Below, one piece after another: positions 30,523 to 44,366 of a stretch of DNA of 64,000 nt. Each line of letters begins with the position of its first letter. The first letter of the stretch is position 1. The stretch lies in the NCBI GenBank assembly GCA_963662655.2, contig CAXXTU010000002.1, forward strand, positions 928,001-992,000, given 5' to 3'. The stretch comes from Candidatus Cloacimonadales bacterium. Lineage in GTDB: Bacteria > Cloacimonadota > Cloacimonadia > Cloacimonadales > JAIOQZ01. Made by a program: the position numbers and the translations under genes. A model generated the notes under the pieces. It ran no database searches. It had not been told where the DNA came from and saw only the letters and a program-made list of their open reading frames with translations.

Positions 30523-31596
30523 ATGTATAGATTCCGCAGCGATCTGGAAGCACGAAAACTGCCTGTTGTTACAGTTCCCAAGCGCGATGTGATGATGTGC
30601 CTGAACGAAAGCGCAATGGATCCTCTTGAAGTTATCCGCGAGCCGCTAATGGAGAAGATGAAGGGCATTCACTTGAATCGCTACTTCTCCGATGTGACCG
30701 ATCAACTCAAGTCCGCGCTGGCTTCGTACGTTGGAAACAATACAACGCCCGAGTGTTTCGAGTTCGGTAACGGGGCCGACGAGATGCTCTATTACCTCTT
30801 CACCTCGGTCCGGGACAGCTCCGAGTCGTTTGCCGTTTCCGTCGCGCCCTCCTATGGCGATTACATCACCTACACCAGAGCCGTGGGAATGAAGATCAAG
30901 TTCGCGCAAATGAACGAACAGTTCGATTTTGACGAAAACGAGTTCCTCCAGTTGATGGATCATCCCGACTGCAAGCTAGGGATCATCTGTACGCCGAACA
31001 ATCCGACGGGAAATCTGCTGGACGACGCAAAGGTACATCGAATCCTTTCCAGCACCGAGAAGCTGATCCTGATCGACGAGGCTTATTTCGAATTCTCGGG
31101 TCGCACCTATACTGGCTTCCTGGAGAAATATCCGAACCTCGTCGTGATCCGGACATTCTCGAAGGGATTCGGCGCTTCGGGCTTGCGATTCGGGTATATC
31201 ATATCGAACCCGGAGAACATGCACGAAATCAAGAAGGTCATGACCTTCTTCCACATGAGCATCCTGATTCAGGCATTCGCCCTGACCATTTTGGAAAACC
31301 AGGCGCCTTTCATCGAATATAATCAATGCGTCATACAAGAACGTACCCGTATCATCGATACGCTGAATGCAAACCCCATGTTGCACGCCTATCCCTCTTA
31401 CACGAACTTCATTCTGTTCAATGCGGATGATCGAGCAGTGCCGCTTCACGAGCATCTCAAGGAAAACGGGATCGCCATTCGGCACTATGCTTCCCACAAG
31501 CTCCTGGGCGATAAATTACGGGTCACGATAAGCACAAAGGAAGACAATGACGCTTTCCTGAAGCATGTATGGAATTTCATCGCGAAGGATAAATGA
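30523..31596 (+). CDS. hisC: Histidinol-phosphate aminotransferase family
   Basis: GNGADE, PNNPTG, IDEAYFEF, RTFSKGFGASGLRFGY. Confidence 0.82.
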   Translation: MYRFRSDLEARKLPVVTVPKRDVMMCLNESAMDPLEVIREPLMEKMKGIHLNRYFSDVTDQLKSALASYVGNNTTPECFEFGNGADEMLYYLFTSVRDSSESFAVSVAPSYGDYITYTRAVGMKIKFAQMNEQFDFDENEFLQLMDHPDCKLGIICTPNNPTGNLLDDAKVHRILSSTEKLILIDEAYFEFSGRTYTGFLEKYPNLVVIRTFSKGFGASGLRFGYIISNPENMHEIKKVMTFFHMSILIQAFALTILENQAPFIEYNQCVIQERTRIIDTLNANPMLHAYPSYTNFILFNADDRAVPLHEHLKENGIAIRHYASHKLLGDKLRVTISTKEDNDAFLKHVWNFIAKDK

Positions 31597-31712
31597 ACAG
31601 GGCCATGAATAGCCCCGGATATCGCTAATATTAAAATCCTTGCATTTAGCGAGGATTAGGATACTATGTCAATAACGTATGCTGGATTATAGACGATAAT
31701 CAGAGGAAATGA

Positions 31713-35096
<3,384 letters not shown>

Positions 35097-35207
35097 AGAC
35101 AGGCTGTTTCAACCCACGTACGAATTCCCTGAAGAGCTCTTTTCCGATTTGTGTAAACAACTTTTGGAGAATGTTTCAAGCAATTTCTTCCATTTCGATA
35201 ACCACTA

Positions 35208-35246
35208 TGCCATCCTGAGTGCCGCGAAGCGGTGTATCGAAGGATC
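35208..35246. repeat. Single REP-like palindromic unit
   Basis: tgccatcctgagt-gccgcgaagcggt-gtatcgaaggatc resembles GTCATCCTGAG...CGAAGGA-type REP units; only one copy in the window. Confidence 0.3.
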
Positions 35247-35380
35247 ATGGAGGATAACCTCAGTAAATGGACATCGCGCCAGGGGGTCATTATAAAATGC
35301 GGGGGTTCCTGGAAATTGTATTATATCTTGACACGTTTATATACTCATTTAGTTATCAGGCAAAAACTAAGGAGTTGCAG

Positions 35381-38300
35381 ATGAAACGAATGACATACGT
35401 AACCTTGATACTTTTCGCCCTGACGCTTGGGCAGCTCTCCGCTGAAATTGGATGGTGTGGAAACATCTGGCCTAATTCCGGATCAAGTCACCCCAATGGA
35501 CAAGGAATCACCGTCTATTTCCAGATGTGGAAAGACGGTGTAACCAACACACCCGGTCAGGGAGAGAACCTCTCCGCTTCGCTCTACTACCGCATCTCGG
35601 GTTCCGCTGAGTACATTGCGATCGACATGCCGTATTTCGGAGAAGTCGGTAACAATGACGAGTATTCCACGACGATCCCCAACGAGGTGTTCGCTGCCGG
35701 CGATACTGTGGAATTCCTCTGCGAAGCATACGACGCCTCCGATGAGACCTATGCGTACGGATCAGACCAGAATGGCTCCGGGCCCTTTACTTTCGAAGCT
35801 CCGGGAAACTACATCATTATCAATGAAACCATACAGGACGTCGCCGTCACCTTCCAGGTAAACATGGAACTGCTCGAACCGGTCGAACAGGCCTACGTCG
35901 CCGGATCGTTCAATGGCTGGAACGCGACAGCCACCCCGATGTCCGACGACAACGACGACATGATCTGGGAAGCGACCGTGACCATCCCGTCCGGCTCCAA
36001 CCCCGGGCAGGAATACAAGTTCATCAACGGAGCCGACTGGGAGAGCGTGAGTAACCGCAGCTTCATCGTCGACGATTCGCAGACCACCCAGGAACTGCCC
36101 GTCGTGTGGTTCAACGATCAGGAACCATCCGATGAATTCGCTACGGTTACGTTTATCCTGGATGCCTCCAGTGTGAGCTCCTACACGGGCTTCAATCTCA
36201 AGGGAAGCTGGGACGCCGCAGGCTTCTTCGATTCCTCATGGAACAACGGCGAAGAGCATACCCCCTTCTACAACGACGGAACGCACGGCGATACGATCCC
36301 CAATGACGATCAGTGGGCCGCTCAGATGGAACTCGTTCCAGATGACGGCGCAAACCAATGGCAGTGGGGCGTCACGGATCAGGATCATTACTGGATCAAC
36401 GGCAACTTCGCGTTCACGGTGCAGGACACAACATCTCAAACGCTCTTCTACCAACTCGAATCCACTTGCAGTATCGTCGGGTATGTTTACGACAACAACA
36501 ACAGCGCGCCGATCGCCGGAGCAACCGTTACGATTGGCGGCGAAACAGCCACGACGGAAGAATCCGGCGGCTTTGCCATCCGTCTTGTACCGCCGGGAGT
36601 CTACGACCTCCAGGTTACCGCCGATGGCTATGTAACCTACCTGAGCGAAGATCACAGCTTCCCGGAGGGCAACCTTTTTCTGCAAATCGGACTCACGGCT
36701 GTCGGAGAAATCCAGCCCCCCATCAACCTGAGCGCGATCGAGAACGACGCCCAGATCGTCTTGAACTGGGATGTTCCACCGGTTCGCGAACTCCTTGGCT
36801 ACAACGTCTACCGCGACGCTCAGCAGATCAACGAAGGACTCGTCACCGAAACCACGTTCACCGACAACGCAGTCGCAAATTTCACGACCTATATCTATTA
36901 TGTGACCGCGATGTACACGCAGGGCGAATCCGCTCCATCCGCGACCATCCAGGCGACGCCACACCCGGAAACGGTTCTGCTGCCGTCCATTGTGGGTGAT
37001 TTCAACAACTGGGATCCCGCCAATCCGGATTTCCTGCTCGTTCTGAACGACAACGGCGTCTGGACACTCACGATCGAGCTCCAGGCGGGAACTTACGACT
37101 ACAAAGCAACCGAGACGAACGATTGGACCGCAGATTTCCCGACCGCAAATCAATCGTTCACCCTCGACACCGATCAATCGGTTACATTCATGGCAAACCT
37201 TGGCGCGACCGCTGGGGTGCGTGAAGGCGACGAGTTTGTCACCCACGCGAATCCGGTCGTCGTCGGAAGCTTCATCTCGGAGCTTGGGGGCGTTGACTGG
37301 GATCCTGCCGACCTCACCGGCGAGATGGTCGATTCGAACGATGACGGCATCTTCGAGTGGGGCGCGGTGATCCCTGAAGGCACTTGGGAATTCAAGATAA
37401 CGCTGAATCATAATTGGGATCAGGCTACGACCTCGAACAACATCGGATTCGTGTCCGATGGAATCTCCGAAACGCAAATCACCTACGATATGGCGACCAA
37501 CGCCATCGAGACCAACGCTATCACACCTCCCGCTGCATCGATCACCTTCACTATCGACGACAGCGGGATCGAGTACTTCGAGGGATACTATCTTCTGGGA
37601 ACATGGGATACCGAAACCGGCATGTTCGACCCGAACTGGGATGGCGGCGCGGAACATACTCCATTCTACGACGATGGAACGCATGGCGACGCTACCGCCA
37701 ACGATCACATCTTCACGGTTACGGTCGATCTGATCAGCGACGGAGGAAGCAATACTTGGGAATGGGGATTCAACGACCAGAATCACGTTTGGCTTTTCGG
37801 CAACTTCGAGTTCAGCGTAGCGGACAGCGCCGCGCAAACTCTTTCATATATTATACCGACAACCGGCACCGTTAACGGAACCGTGACCAACTCCATCACA
37901 GAAGAACCGCTTGTGGGCGCTACGGTTCAGCTCATCGGCGGGTCCACAACCCAAACGGACGACAGCGGCCATTACTCGATCGAAGCAACCGTAGGGACTT
38001 ATACGATGATCTGCTCTTTCGTTAATTACGGTACGCAAACCATCGACGGCTTCAATGTGCCGTTCAATGCAGCCGTAACTCAGGATTTCGAACTGGTTCG
38101 CGAGCTGCACGCGCCGATCAACCTTGCCGCCGAAGAAGGCAACCAGCAAGTCACGCTCACGTGGGAAATGCCCGGAGCGACGTCACGAAGAAACAATAGC
38201 GCAAGCAGGAGCCGCGATCTCATCGGTTATAAGGTATACCGGGACGACGAGAGCGTCGCTACGTTGGGCCTGGTCGATCCGCTCGAATATATCGATACCG

Positions 38301-38707
38301 GGCTGACGAACAATCAAACCTACACCTATTACGTCACGGCAAACTACGAAGAAGGCGAATCGCTTCCTTCCAACTCCGTTGACGCCACGCCACACACGAT
38401 GTCCGGATCTGCTAGCGATATGATCCCGACGCAGACGGCGCTTCTGGGGAATCACCCCAATCCGTTCAACCCGGAAACGACCATCCGCTTCGCGCTGGCC
38501 CACGATTCCCGTGTCAGAATCGACATCGTGAACGTTCGAGGCCAGATCGTGAGAACCGTGCTCGATGATCCGGTGAAAGCCGGATATCACAGCACGGCGT
38601 GGGACGGAACCGATCAGACGGGAAAATCCGCGGCGTCCGGAGTATATTTCACTCGAATCACAGCCGACGGCAAACAGCAACTGAAGAAAATTGTCCTGAT
38701 AAAATAA
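35381..38707 (+). CDS. Large secreted protein with starch-binding-like (CBM20/48, X25-like) modules, duplicated DGTHGD domain, FN3 and FlgD-Ig CTD
   Basis: Signal peptide; VAGSFNGW, EYKFING, IVGDFNNWDP, 2x HTPFY(N/D)DGTHGD, LGYNVYRD, NHPNPFNPET. Confidence 0.8.
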   Translation: MKRMTYVTLILFALTLGQLSAEIGWCGNIWPNSGSSHPNGQGITVYFQMWKDGVTNTPGQGENLSASLYYRISGSAEYIAIDMPYFGEVGNNDEYSTTIPNEVFAAGDTVEFLCEAYDASDETYAYGSDQNGSGPFTFEAPGNYIIINETIQDVAVTFQVNMELLEPVEQAYVAGSFNGWNATATPMSDDNDDMIWEATVTIPSGSNPGQEYKFINGADWESVSNRSFIVDDSQTTQELPVVWFNDQEPSDEFATVTFILDASSVSSYTGFNLKGSWDAAGFFDSSWNNGEEHTPFYNDGTHGDTIPNDDQWAAQMELVPDDGANQWQWGVTDQDHYWINGNFAFTVQDTTSQTLFYQLESTCSIVGYVYDNNNSAPIAGATVTIGGETATTEESGGFAIRLVPPGVYDLQVTADGYVTYLSEDHSFPEGNLFLQIGLTAVGEIQPPINLSAIENDAQIVLNWDVPPVRELLGYNVYRDAQQINEGLVTETTFTDNAVANFTTYIYYVTAMYTQGESAPSATIQATPHPETVLLPSIVGDFNNWDPANPDFLLVLNDNGVWTLTIELQAGTYDYKATETNDWTADFPTANQSFTLDTDQSVTFMANLGATAGVREGDEFVTHANPVVVGSFISELGGVDWDPADLTGEMVDSNDDGIFEWGAVIPEGTWEFKITLNHNWDQATTSNNIGFVSDGISETQITYDMATNAIETNAITPPAASITFTIDDSGIEYFEGYYLLGTWDTETGMFDPNWDGGAEHTPFYDDGTHGDATANDHIFTVTVDLISDGGSNTWEWGFNDQNHVWLFGNFEFSVADSAAQTLSYIIPTTGTVNGTVTNSITEEPLVGATVQLIGGSTTQTDDSGHYSIEATVGTYTMICSFVNYGTQTIDGFNVPFNAAVTQDFELVRELHAPINLAAEEGNQQVTLTWEMPGATSRRNNSASRSRDLIGYKVYRDDESVATLGLVDPLEYIDTGLTNNQTYTYYVTANYEEGESLPSNSVDATPHTMSGSASDMIPTQTALLGNHPNPFNPETTIRFALAHDSRVRIDIVNVRGQIVRTVLDDPVKAGYHSTAWDGTDQTGKSAASGVYFTRITADGKQQLKKIVLIK

Positions 38708-38721
38708 TGGATAACCCTTTG

Positions 38722-38757
38722 AAAGAAACCTCCGTGCAAAAGCGGAGGTTTCTTTAT
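38722..38757 (+). terminator. Intrinsic terminator
   Basis: aaagaaacctccg-N8-cggaggtttcttt (13-bp stem). Confidence 0.8.
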
Positions 38758-38971
38758 ATCTACCTGCGATTTATGAAATTCCGTAAATATACAATTGGCG
38801 GCGCTGACAGAATCATAGCGAATCCAATTCAGTATTTTGCGTTATAACAAGCCTCTGGGCAATAAATTAATTGACAAACAGTGGAAAAACTGGATTTTAT
38901 TGATAGAAGTTCAACGAACAAATGATCGTGCGGGAGCGATTCCCCAGCGTTCTTTGATTGGAGCAACAAGT

Positions 38972-40312
38972 ATGGAAAAGATTTACGTACTGGATACGAA
39001 TGTTCTCATTCACGATCCACAAGCACTATTCGCGTTTGAAGAAAATCGCGTGGTTATACCGATAACGGTTATCGAGGAAATTGACAACTTCAAGAAAGGG
39101 CTCGACGAGAAGGGCCGTAACGCACGTCAGATCGGGCGATATCTCGATCAACTCCGTCAGAAAGGAAGCCTCCAGGATGGCGTGAGGACCGATAAGGGTG
39201 GCTTGATCCAGGTTGCCCTGAGTCGCAAGATTTCGGAAACGGCAAGCGACGTCCTGATATTCGATACCAACGACAATCTTATCATCGGTACCGCCTTGTT
39301 CTTCCAGAAGAAGTACAGCGATTCAGAAGTGATCCTCGTTTCCAAGGACGCCAATGTTCGTATCAAGGCAAACGCGGTGAAGCTTCAAGCACAGAATTTC
39401 GAATCGGACCACATCAAGTTCGAGGAACTCTATACGGGCGTTACAGACCTGATTCTCACCGAGAAGCAGTACAGCGACTTCAAGGACAGGGAATATCTCA
39501 CGCGGCGGAATTTCGCTTTCTATCCCAACCAGTTTGTGAGGGTCATCAACAAGAAGAAGCCTACCGAGCACACGCTCACCCGATTCGCAGCGTCGACGAA
39601 AACCCTGTATCCACTTGCGTATTTTAAAGGGCAGAAGGTCTTCGGAATTACGGCACGGAACGAGGAACAAGCGATGGCGTTCGATCTCCTGCTGGATGAC
39701 GAAGTGAAGATGGTGAGTCTGGCAGGAAAAGCAGGAACGGGTAAAACGCTGATTGCGATCGCTGCCGGACTGAATCAGGTGATGGAAGAGAACCGCTACA
39801 CTCGGCTGGTAATCTCCCGCCCGATCTCCCCTCTCGGTAAGGATCTGGGATTTCTCCCGGGCTCGAAGGCGGAGAAATTCAATCCGTGGATGCAGCCCAT
39901 CTACGATAACATGGAGATTCTGCTGCTCGGGCACGAAGACCACATGGACAACGGCAAGATTTTCGGCAAGAAGCGCCCGTCGCTCGACGAGTACCTCGAT
40001 TACGGATTCATCGAGCTGGAACCGCTTACGTACATACGCGGCAGAAGCTTGCCCAATCAATACATCATCATAGACGAAGCGCAAAACCTTTCCCCCCACG
40101 AGATGAAGACAATCATTACTCGCGCGGGTGAGGGCACCAAGATTGTGCTTACCGGAGATCCTTATCAGATCGATATCCCCTACCTCGATTCAGAAAGCAA
40201 TGGCCTGAGCGTCGTTGTCGAGAAGCTCAAGGGAGAAGATATCGTCGGACACGTAACCCTGGAAAAAGGCGAAAGATCGAAGCTCGCGGATATTGCCGCC
40301 AAATACTTCTGA
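38972..40312 (+). CDS. PhoH2/YlaK family PIN domain + PhoH ATPase
   Basis: YVLDTNVLIHDP, GKAGTGKT, LGFLPG, YIRGRS, IDEAQN, LTGDPYQID. Confidence 0.93.
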   Translation: MEKIYVLDTNVLIHDPQALFAFEENRVVIPITVIEEIDNFKKGLDEKGRNARQIGRYLDQLRQKGSLQDGVRTDKGGLIQVALSRKISETASDVLIFDTNDNLIIGTALFFQKKYSDSEVILVSKDANVRIKANAVKLQAQNFESDHIKFEELYTGVTDLILTEKQYSDFKDREYLTRRNFAFYPNQFVRVINKKKPTEHTLTRFAASTKTLYPLAYFKGQKVFGITARNEEQAMAFDLLLDDEVKMVSLAGKAGTGKTLIAIAAGLNQVMEENRYTRLVISRPISPLGKDLGFLPGSKAEKFNPWMQPIYDNMEILLLGHEDHMDNGKIFGKKRPSLDEYLDYGFIELEPLTYIRGRSLPNQYIIIDEAQNLSPHEMKTIITRAGEGTKIVLTGDPYQIDIPYLDSESNGLSVVVEKLKGEDIVGHVTLEKGERSKLADIAAKYF

Positions 40313-41514
40313 TGACCGAACTGCAAGCGAATTACGACCTGATCGATGTCGAGAAGCTTTCCATCGGTATGTGCCTGGCGCGTCCGGTACATAACGAATT
40401 TGGATTGAAATTGCTCGATGCCGGAGTTTACATCAATTCGGAGAACCAGATTGAGAAACTCCGAGACGGGGGCGTGCGCAAAGTATTTATCACCAAGGAT
40501 CAGAGCCAAGTCAGTACGCTTAGCACACACGACCAGAAGGTTGCCGAGAAAGAGTTCCGCGACGAGGTCGAAAACCCCGACAAGATCATGAAGAGCCTCA
40601 AGCAGGAACTCGCGGTTGCGAGGAACATATACAGTTCCGCGCAGACAGTTATCGACGATGTACTACACAATGTCCGCATGGGAAAGAACATCGACAACAC
40701 CGCAGTCAAGGACGCGGCGAGCCACCTGATCGAGAGCGTCGTCACGAATCCCTATGCGCTGATGAGCATGGTCAATCTGAAGCGAACCGACGAATACACC
40801 TTCAACCACAGCGTAAACGTTACGGCTATTTCTCTCGCCATCGCCACCCATCTATCCATGACTCCAGAGCAGCTCGACCACATCGGGGTCGGCGCGTTGA
40901 TGCACGATGTCGGCAAAGCCAAGATCGATATCAACATCATCAACAAGCCCGGCAGGCTAACAGACGAAGAGTTCGACATCATGCAGCGACATACGGTTTA
41001 CGGCTTCGAGATATGCAAACGCGAGAAGCTGAAAGACGAGGTTGTACTCGATATCGTCCGCCACCATCACGAAGCCTACAACGGTGAAGGATATCCCGAC
41101 CGGCTTTCGCGTCGTAGCATCAGCAAGTACGCAGCGCTAGTCTCCATCGCGGATTTCTACGATGCACTGACGACCGAGAGAAGCTACAAGAAATCGATGA
41201 AGCCGGCCGAATCGATCAATTTCCTGCATAAAATGTCCAACAGCAAGTTCGACAGACGCCTGGTGTTTCATTTCATCAAGGTGATGGGAATCTATCCCGT
41301 GGGAAGCGTGCTCAAGCTCAATTCGGGGCGCATCGGAATCGTGGTGGGTTTCTCCAGGAAGAATCTGCTTCACCCTATCCTCAAGATAATGGTCAACGAA
41401 GACGGCTCTTTCAATAAAGAGCACGAGACGTTGCTTCTACACGAAGCCGAGGATTTCATCACGGAGCTCAACCCGAACTACCGCTTCCTGGGCAACCTCG
41501 AGGATATCCTGTAA
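40312..41514 (+). CDS. HD-GYP phosphodiesterase
   Basis: YTFNHSVNV, LMHDVGK, HHHEAYNGEGYP, ADFYDALT..RSYK; TGATG overlap with the upstream gene. Confidence 0.92.
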   Translation: MTELQANYDLIDVEKLSIGMCLARPVHNEFGLKLLDAGVYINSENQIEKLRDGGVRKVFITKDQSQVSTLSTHDQKVAEKEFRDEVENPDKIMKSLKQELAVARNIYSSAQTVIDDVLHNVRMGKNIDNTAVKDAASHLIESVVTNPYALMSMVNLKRTDEYTFNHSVNVTAISLAIATHLSMTPEQLDHIGVGALMHDVGKAKIDINIINKPGRLTDEEFDIMQRHTVYGFEICKREKLKDEVVLDIVRHHHEAYNGEGYPDRLSRRSISKYAALVSIADFYDALTTERSYKKSMKPAESINFLHKMSNSKFDRRLVFHFIKVMGIYPVGSVLKLNSGRIGIVVGFSRKNLLHPILKIMVNEDGSFNKEHETLLLHEAEDFITELNPNYRFLGNLEDIL

Positions 41515-43457
41515 TGAGCATCTCCGACCGTAGCTGGACAGAGATCGATCTTTCCGCCTATCACTGGAATCTGGAGCAACTCAGGCAGTTCATTGATCCC
41601 CAGACCCGTATCATGCAGATCGTTAAAGCGGATGCCTACGGTCACGGAGCCTACGAGATCAGCAAAGCAGCCATCGAGGCCGGTGTCGATTTCCTTGGCG
41701 TGGCTAACGCCGAGGAGGGTGCGTTGCTGCGCTACCGTGGCATCGAAAAACCCATCCTCATTCTCTCGCCGTCCTTCGAAAGCGAGATCGATGTAATCCT
41801 GGAATACCACTTAATCCCGACCGTTACGGACATTGCTTTTGCTGAAGCGCTCGACAAGGCTGCACATAAGCAAATCTGTCCCATCCACATCAACATCGAT
41901 ACCGGCATGGGAAGAAGTGGAATCCACCACACGGAAGCAACAGAAGTCATTCAGCACATCGCACGACTGCAAAATCTTCGCATCGATGGACTGTTTTCGC
42001 ATTTCTCTAGCAGCGAGGACGATGAGGCTGCTACGAACGAGCAATACAGGACATTTTTATCGGTTCTCGACCGGCTCAGAGAGCTCGTTCAGCCCGGGTG
42101 GCTCCACATCAGCAACAGCGCGGGAGTAATGGCTCTTCCCGACAGGATCGCCTCCGACGCCGCAGGGATATTCCCGCAGGCGAAAACGCTGGTCAGGCTC
42201 GGACTCCTCACCTACGGGGTATATCCGCATCCGGCCCTCGCGAGCAGAATCGACCTCAAGCCGGTGATGACGTTCAAGACGCGCATCGGCCAGATCAAGA
42301 AGGCGTTCCCCGGGGAGTCGATCGGGTACAATCGCACGTATTCGGTCGAAAAAAATATCCGCTATGCGATTCTGCCAGTGGGCTATGCGGACGGCTACGA
42401 TTTCCTCTTCTCCAATCGCGGAAAAGTGCAAATCGGCCAGTTTATTTGCCCCGTCCTGGGCAAGGTAAGCATGGATATGATCGCCGTCTCGCTCGAAGGT
42501 GTGCCCAGCGTGCAGATCGGAGATGAAGTGACGATCATCGGCGGGAATCGAGACGCGCTTCGCGTCGAGAACCTCGTCAAGCTCTATCAGGGAAGTTGCT
42601 ACGAGCTGATGTGTCAGGTCGGGCGACGTGCCAGAAGGTATTACATCGACCAGCAGCAGATCATCTCCTCTGCTCCGCTCGCGCGACGCGAGTTCTTCTC
42701 GCCGGACTTCTCAGACAAGCGCCTCAACCGCATCATCGAGGCGTCGATCAGTCAGAGGCTGGAGAGCAAGGAGATCGCGGGGATCATCTACCAGGACATC
42801 CTCAGTCGCTTTTTCCGCGACAAGGACCACGACATCTGCTACCGTGAAGATTTCGAGCATACCATCGAGTTCATCGAGCCGGAACGCGACCGCAAACATC
42901 CCGCAGACCCGAATCGATACCTGATTACACGTACCGAGCTATCGTTCCGAAAGCAACTGCAACACGACTACTTTATCGTTGCCTGCGCCAACAGCGAGGA
43001 TGATCTCCAGCGCTATTTCGAGCGAAACGACGTGGAATATCGCTGGCTTTTAGACGATTCATTTTCGCTCGACGAAGCCTTGTTCGAGGTGATCTCTCCC
43101 AAAATTAACGATCTCGCCCTGCAAACATCGAAACGCATTCACGACGGCTGTATCGAGATTCGCTGCTCGCATCCAAAGCTACGCGAACTCATCGGCAAAG
43201 AAGTGCGCTTCAACGTCCCGACACAGACATGGTACCCGAGGTCATCCCACCAACTTTCCGTGTTCATCAACGAACCGACGCGGGGAGTCGCCATCGAATT
43301 CCGCTATCCAGAGTGCATCGAGCATGTCGATCCCGTGGCGATTTTCGCCGGAAACACGCGTTTTCCAACAATTCATAAAGAGCGTAGAAGCATAAGCGTA
43401 TCGGTTTCAAAAGACAAATGGGTGTTCCCCAACAGCGGAATCGTATTTAGCTACTAA
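41514..43457 (+). CDS. alr: Alanine racemase with ~270-aa C-terminal extension
   Basis: VKADAYGHG, DTGMGRSG, IGYNRTY, VGYADG, VSMDM in the first ~375 aa; single 647-aa ORF. Confidence 0.9.
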   Translation: MSISDRSWTEIDLSAYHWNLEQLRQFIDPQTRIMQIVKADAYGHGAYEISKAAIEAGVDFLGVANAEEGALLRYRGIEKPILILSPSFESEIDVILEYHLIPTVTDIAFAEALDKAAHKQICPIHINIDTGMGRSGIHHTEATEVIQHIARLQNLRIDGLFSHFSSSEDDEAATNEQYRTFLSVLDRLRELVQPGWLHISNSAGVMALPDRIASDAAGIFPQAKTLVRLGLLTYGVYPHPALASRIDLKPVMTFKTRIGQIKKAFPGESIGYNRTYSVEKNIRYAILPVGYADGYDFLFSNRGKVQIGQFICPVLGKVSMDMIAVSLEGVPSVQIGDEVTIIGGNRDALRVENLVKLYQGSCYELMCQVGRRARRYYIDQQQIISSAPLARREFFSPDFSDKRLNRIIEASISQRLESKEIAGIIYQDILSRFFRDKDHDICYREDFEHTIEFIEPERDRKHPADPNRYLITRTELSFRKQLQHDYFIVACANSEDDLQRYFERNDVEYRWLLDDSFSLDEALFEVISPKINDLALQTSKRIHDGCIEIRCSHPKLRELIGKEVRFNVPTQTWYPRSSHQLSVFINEPTRGVAIEFRYPECIEHVDPVAIFAGNTRFPTIHKERRSISVSVSKDKWVFPNSGIVFSY

Positions 43458-43473
43458 TTAATCACAGGAGGTG

Positions 43474-43854
43474 ATGATGTCACCGGAACAACTTACTTCG
43501 ATGATCGTGACGGTCTCCACCATTATTGTTACCATAGGTGTTCTCTTCGGAGTCATGGTTTTTAATCGCAAGCGCAACAAGTTCGTTACCGTCAGCAAGG
43601 AAGAGGCGCAAAATCTCCCCACCTACCGCTGCCCGAAATGTGGCTTCAATATGTCGCCCGGCTATACGTTCACGCAAAGAGGTCTGTACTGGCGAAAGGT
43701 GAACGAAAAGCCGATCGGACGCCTGATGACAAGCGGCAAACTGCAGAACAACACATACAATCTTGGATTCACCCCTGCTGAAAATCGTGCCTGGAAGTGC
43801 GAGCGTTGCCAGATTCTTACCCTTGACATCAGTGAATTGGTGCAGATCAAGTAA
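43474..43854 (+). CDS. Membrane-anchored zinc-ribbon protein
   Basis: N-terminal TM; CPKCG..M..G and AWKCERC; AGGAGG RBS. Confidence 0.7.
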   Translation: MMSPEQLTSMIVTVSTIIVTIGVLFGVMVFNRKRNKFVTVSKEEAQNLPTYRCPKCGFNMSPGYTFTQRGLYWRKVNEKPIGRLMTSGKLQNNTYNLGFTPAENRAWKCERCQILTLDISELVQIK

Positions 43855-43874
43855 TACGGATAGTCGAGAACAGA

Positions 43875-43978
43875 TTCGTCCAATCTAATGCTCCGCCGTG
43901 GTGTTACACGTCCCTTTATTTAGGTTCGATAGTCATCGGGACGTGTTATATCCACGGCGGAGCATTAGATTGGACGAA
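43875..43978. repeat. 104-nt hairpin repeat, copy 1
   Basis: Perfect 27-bp terminal IR ttcgtccaatctaatgctccgccgtgg plus inner acacgtccc/gggacgtgt; homologous to 57126-57229. Confidence 0.85.
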
Positions 43979-44006
43979 GATGACTCGACGTTCGGCTGTT
44001 TGCTCG

Positions 44007-44366
44007 TCATTCCGTGATCATCATCTTTTGCTTCTCGGAGACTATCCTGATAAAAACACGCCGGGGGACGCATACGATCGGGGTTGCCGGAGATGAAGTC
44101 CACCCCTGTTGCACACAGACCTGATGAGGGCAAGTCGAACGCAACATCCGAATCTTTCCTTCGCGGATTTCCGCTGCGATCCCCTCGTCGATTTCAATCA
44201 CCTGATTTTGTTCGAGCCTGTACTGTCCGATCAATCTGTCTCCATAGCGAATCTCGACGATACTCCCTTCGCTGCGGTTGTACACGGCGAAAAGCGCGGA
44301 AGCCACAGCAAGAAACAGCACGATCAGAACAACATCCGCGCGAGTAACGATGAGACGTAGCTTCAT
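44007..44366 (-). CDS. NusG domain II-containing (Lin0431-like) protein
   Basis: N-terminal TM; STCPHQVCVQQGW..PIVCVPRR; ATGA overlap with amrS. Confidence 0.8.
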   Translation of the reverse strand: MKLRLIVTRADVVLIVLFLAVASALFAVYNRSEGSIVEIRYGDRLIGQYRLEQNQVIEIDEGIAAEIREGKIRMLRSTCPHQVCVQQGWTSSPATPIVCVPRRVFIRIVSEKQKMMITE

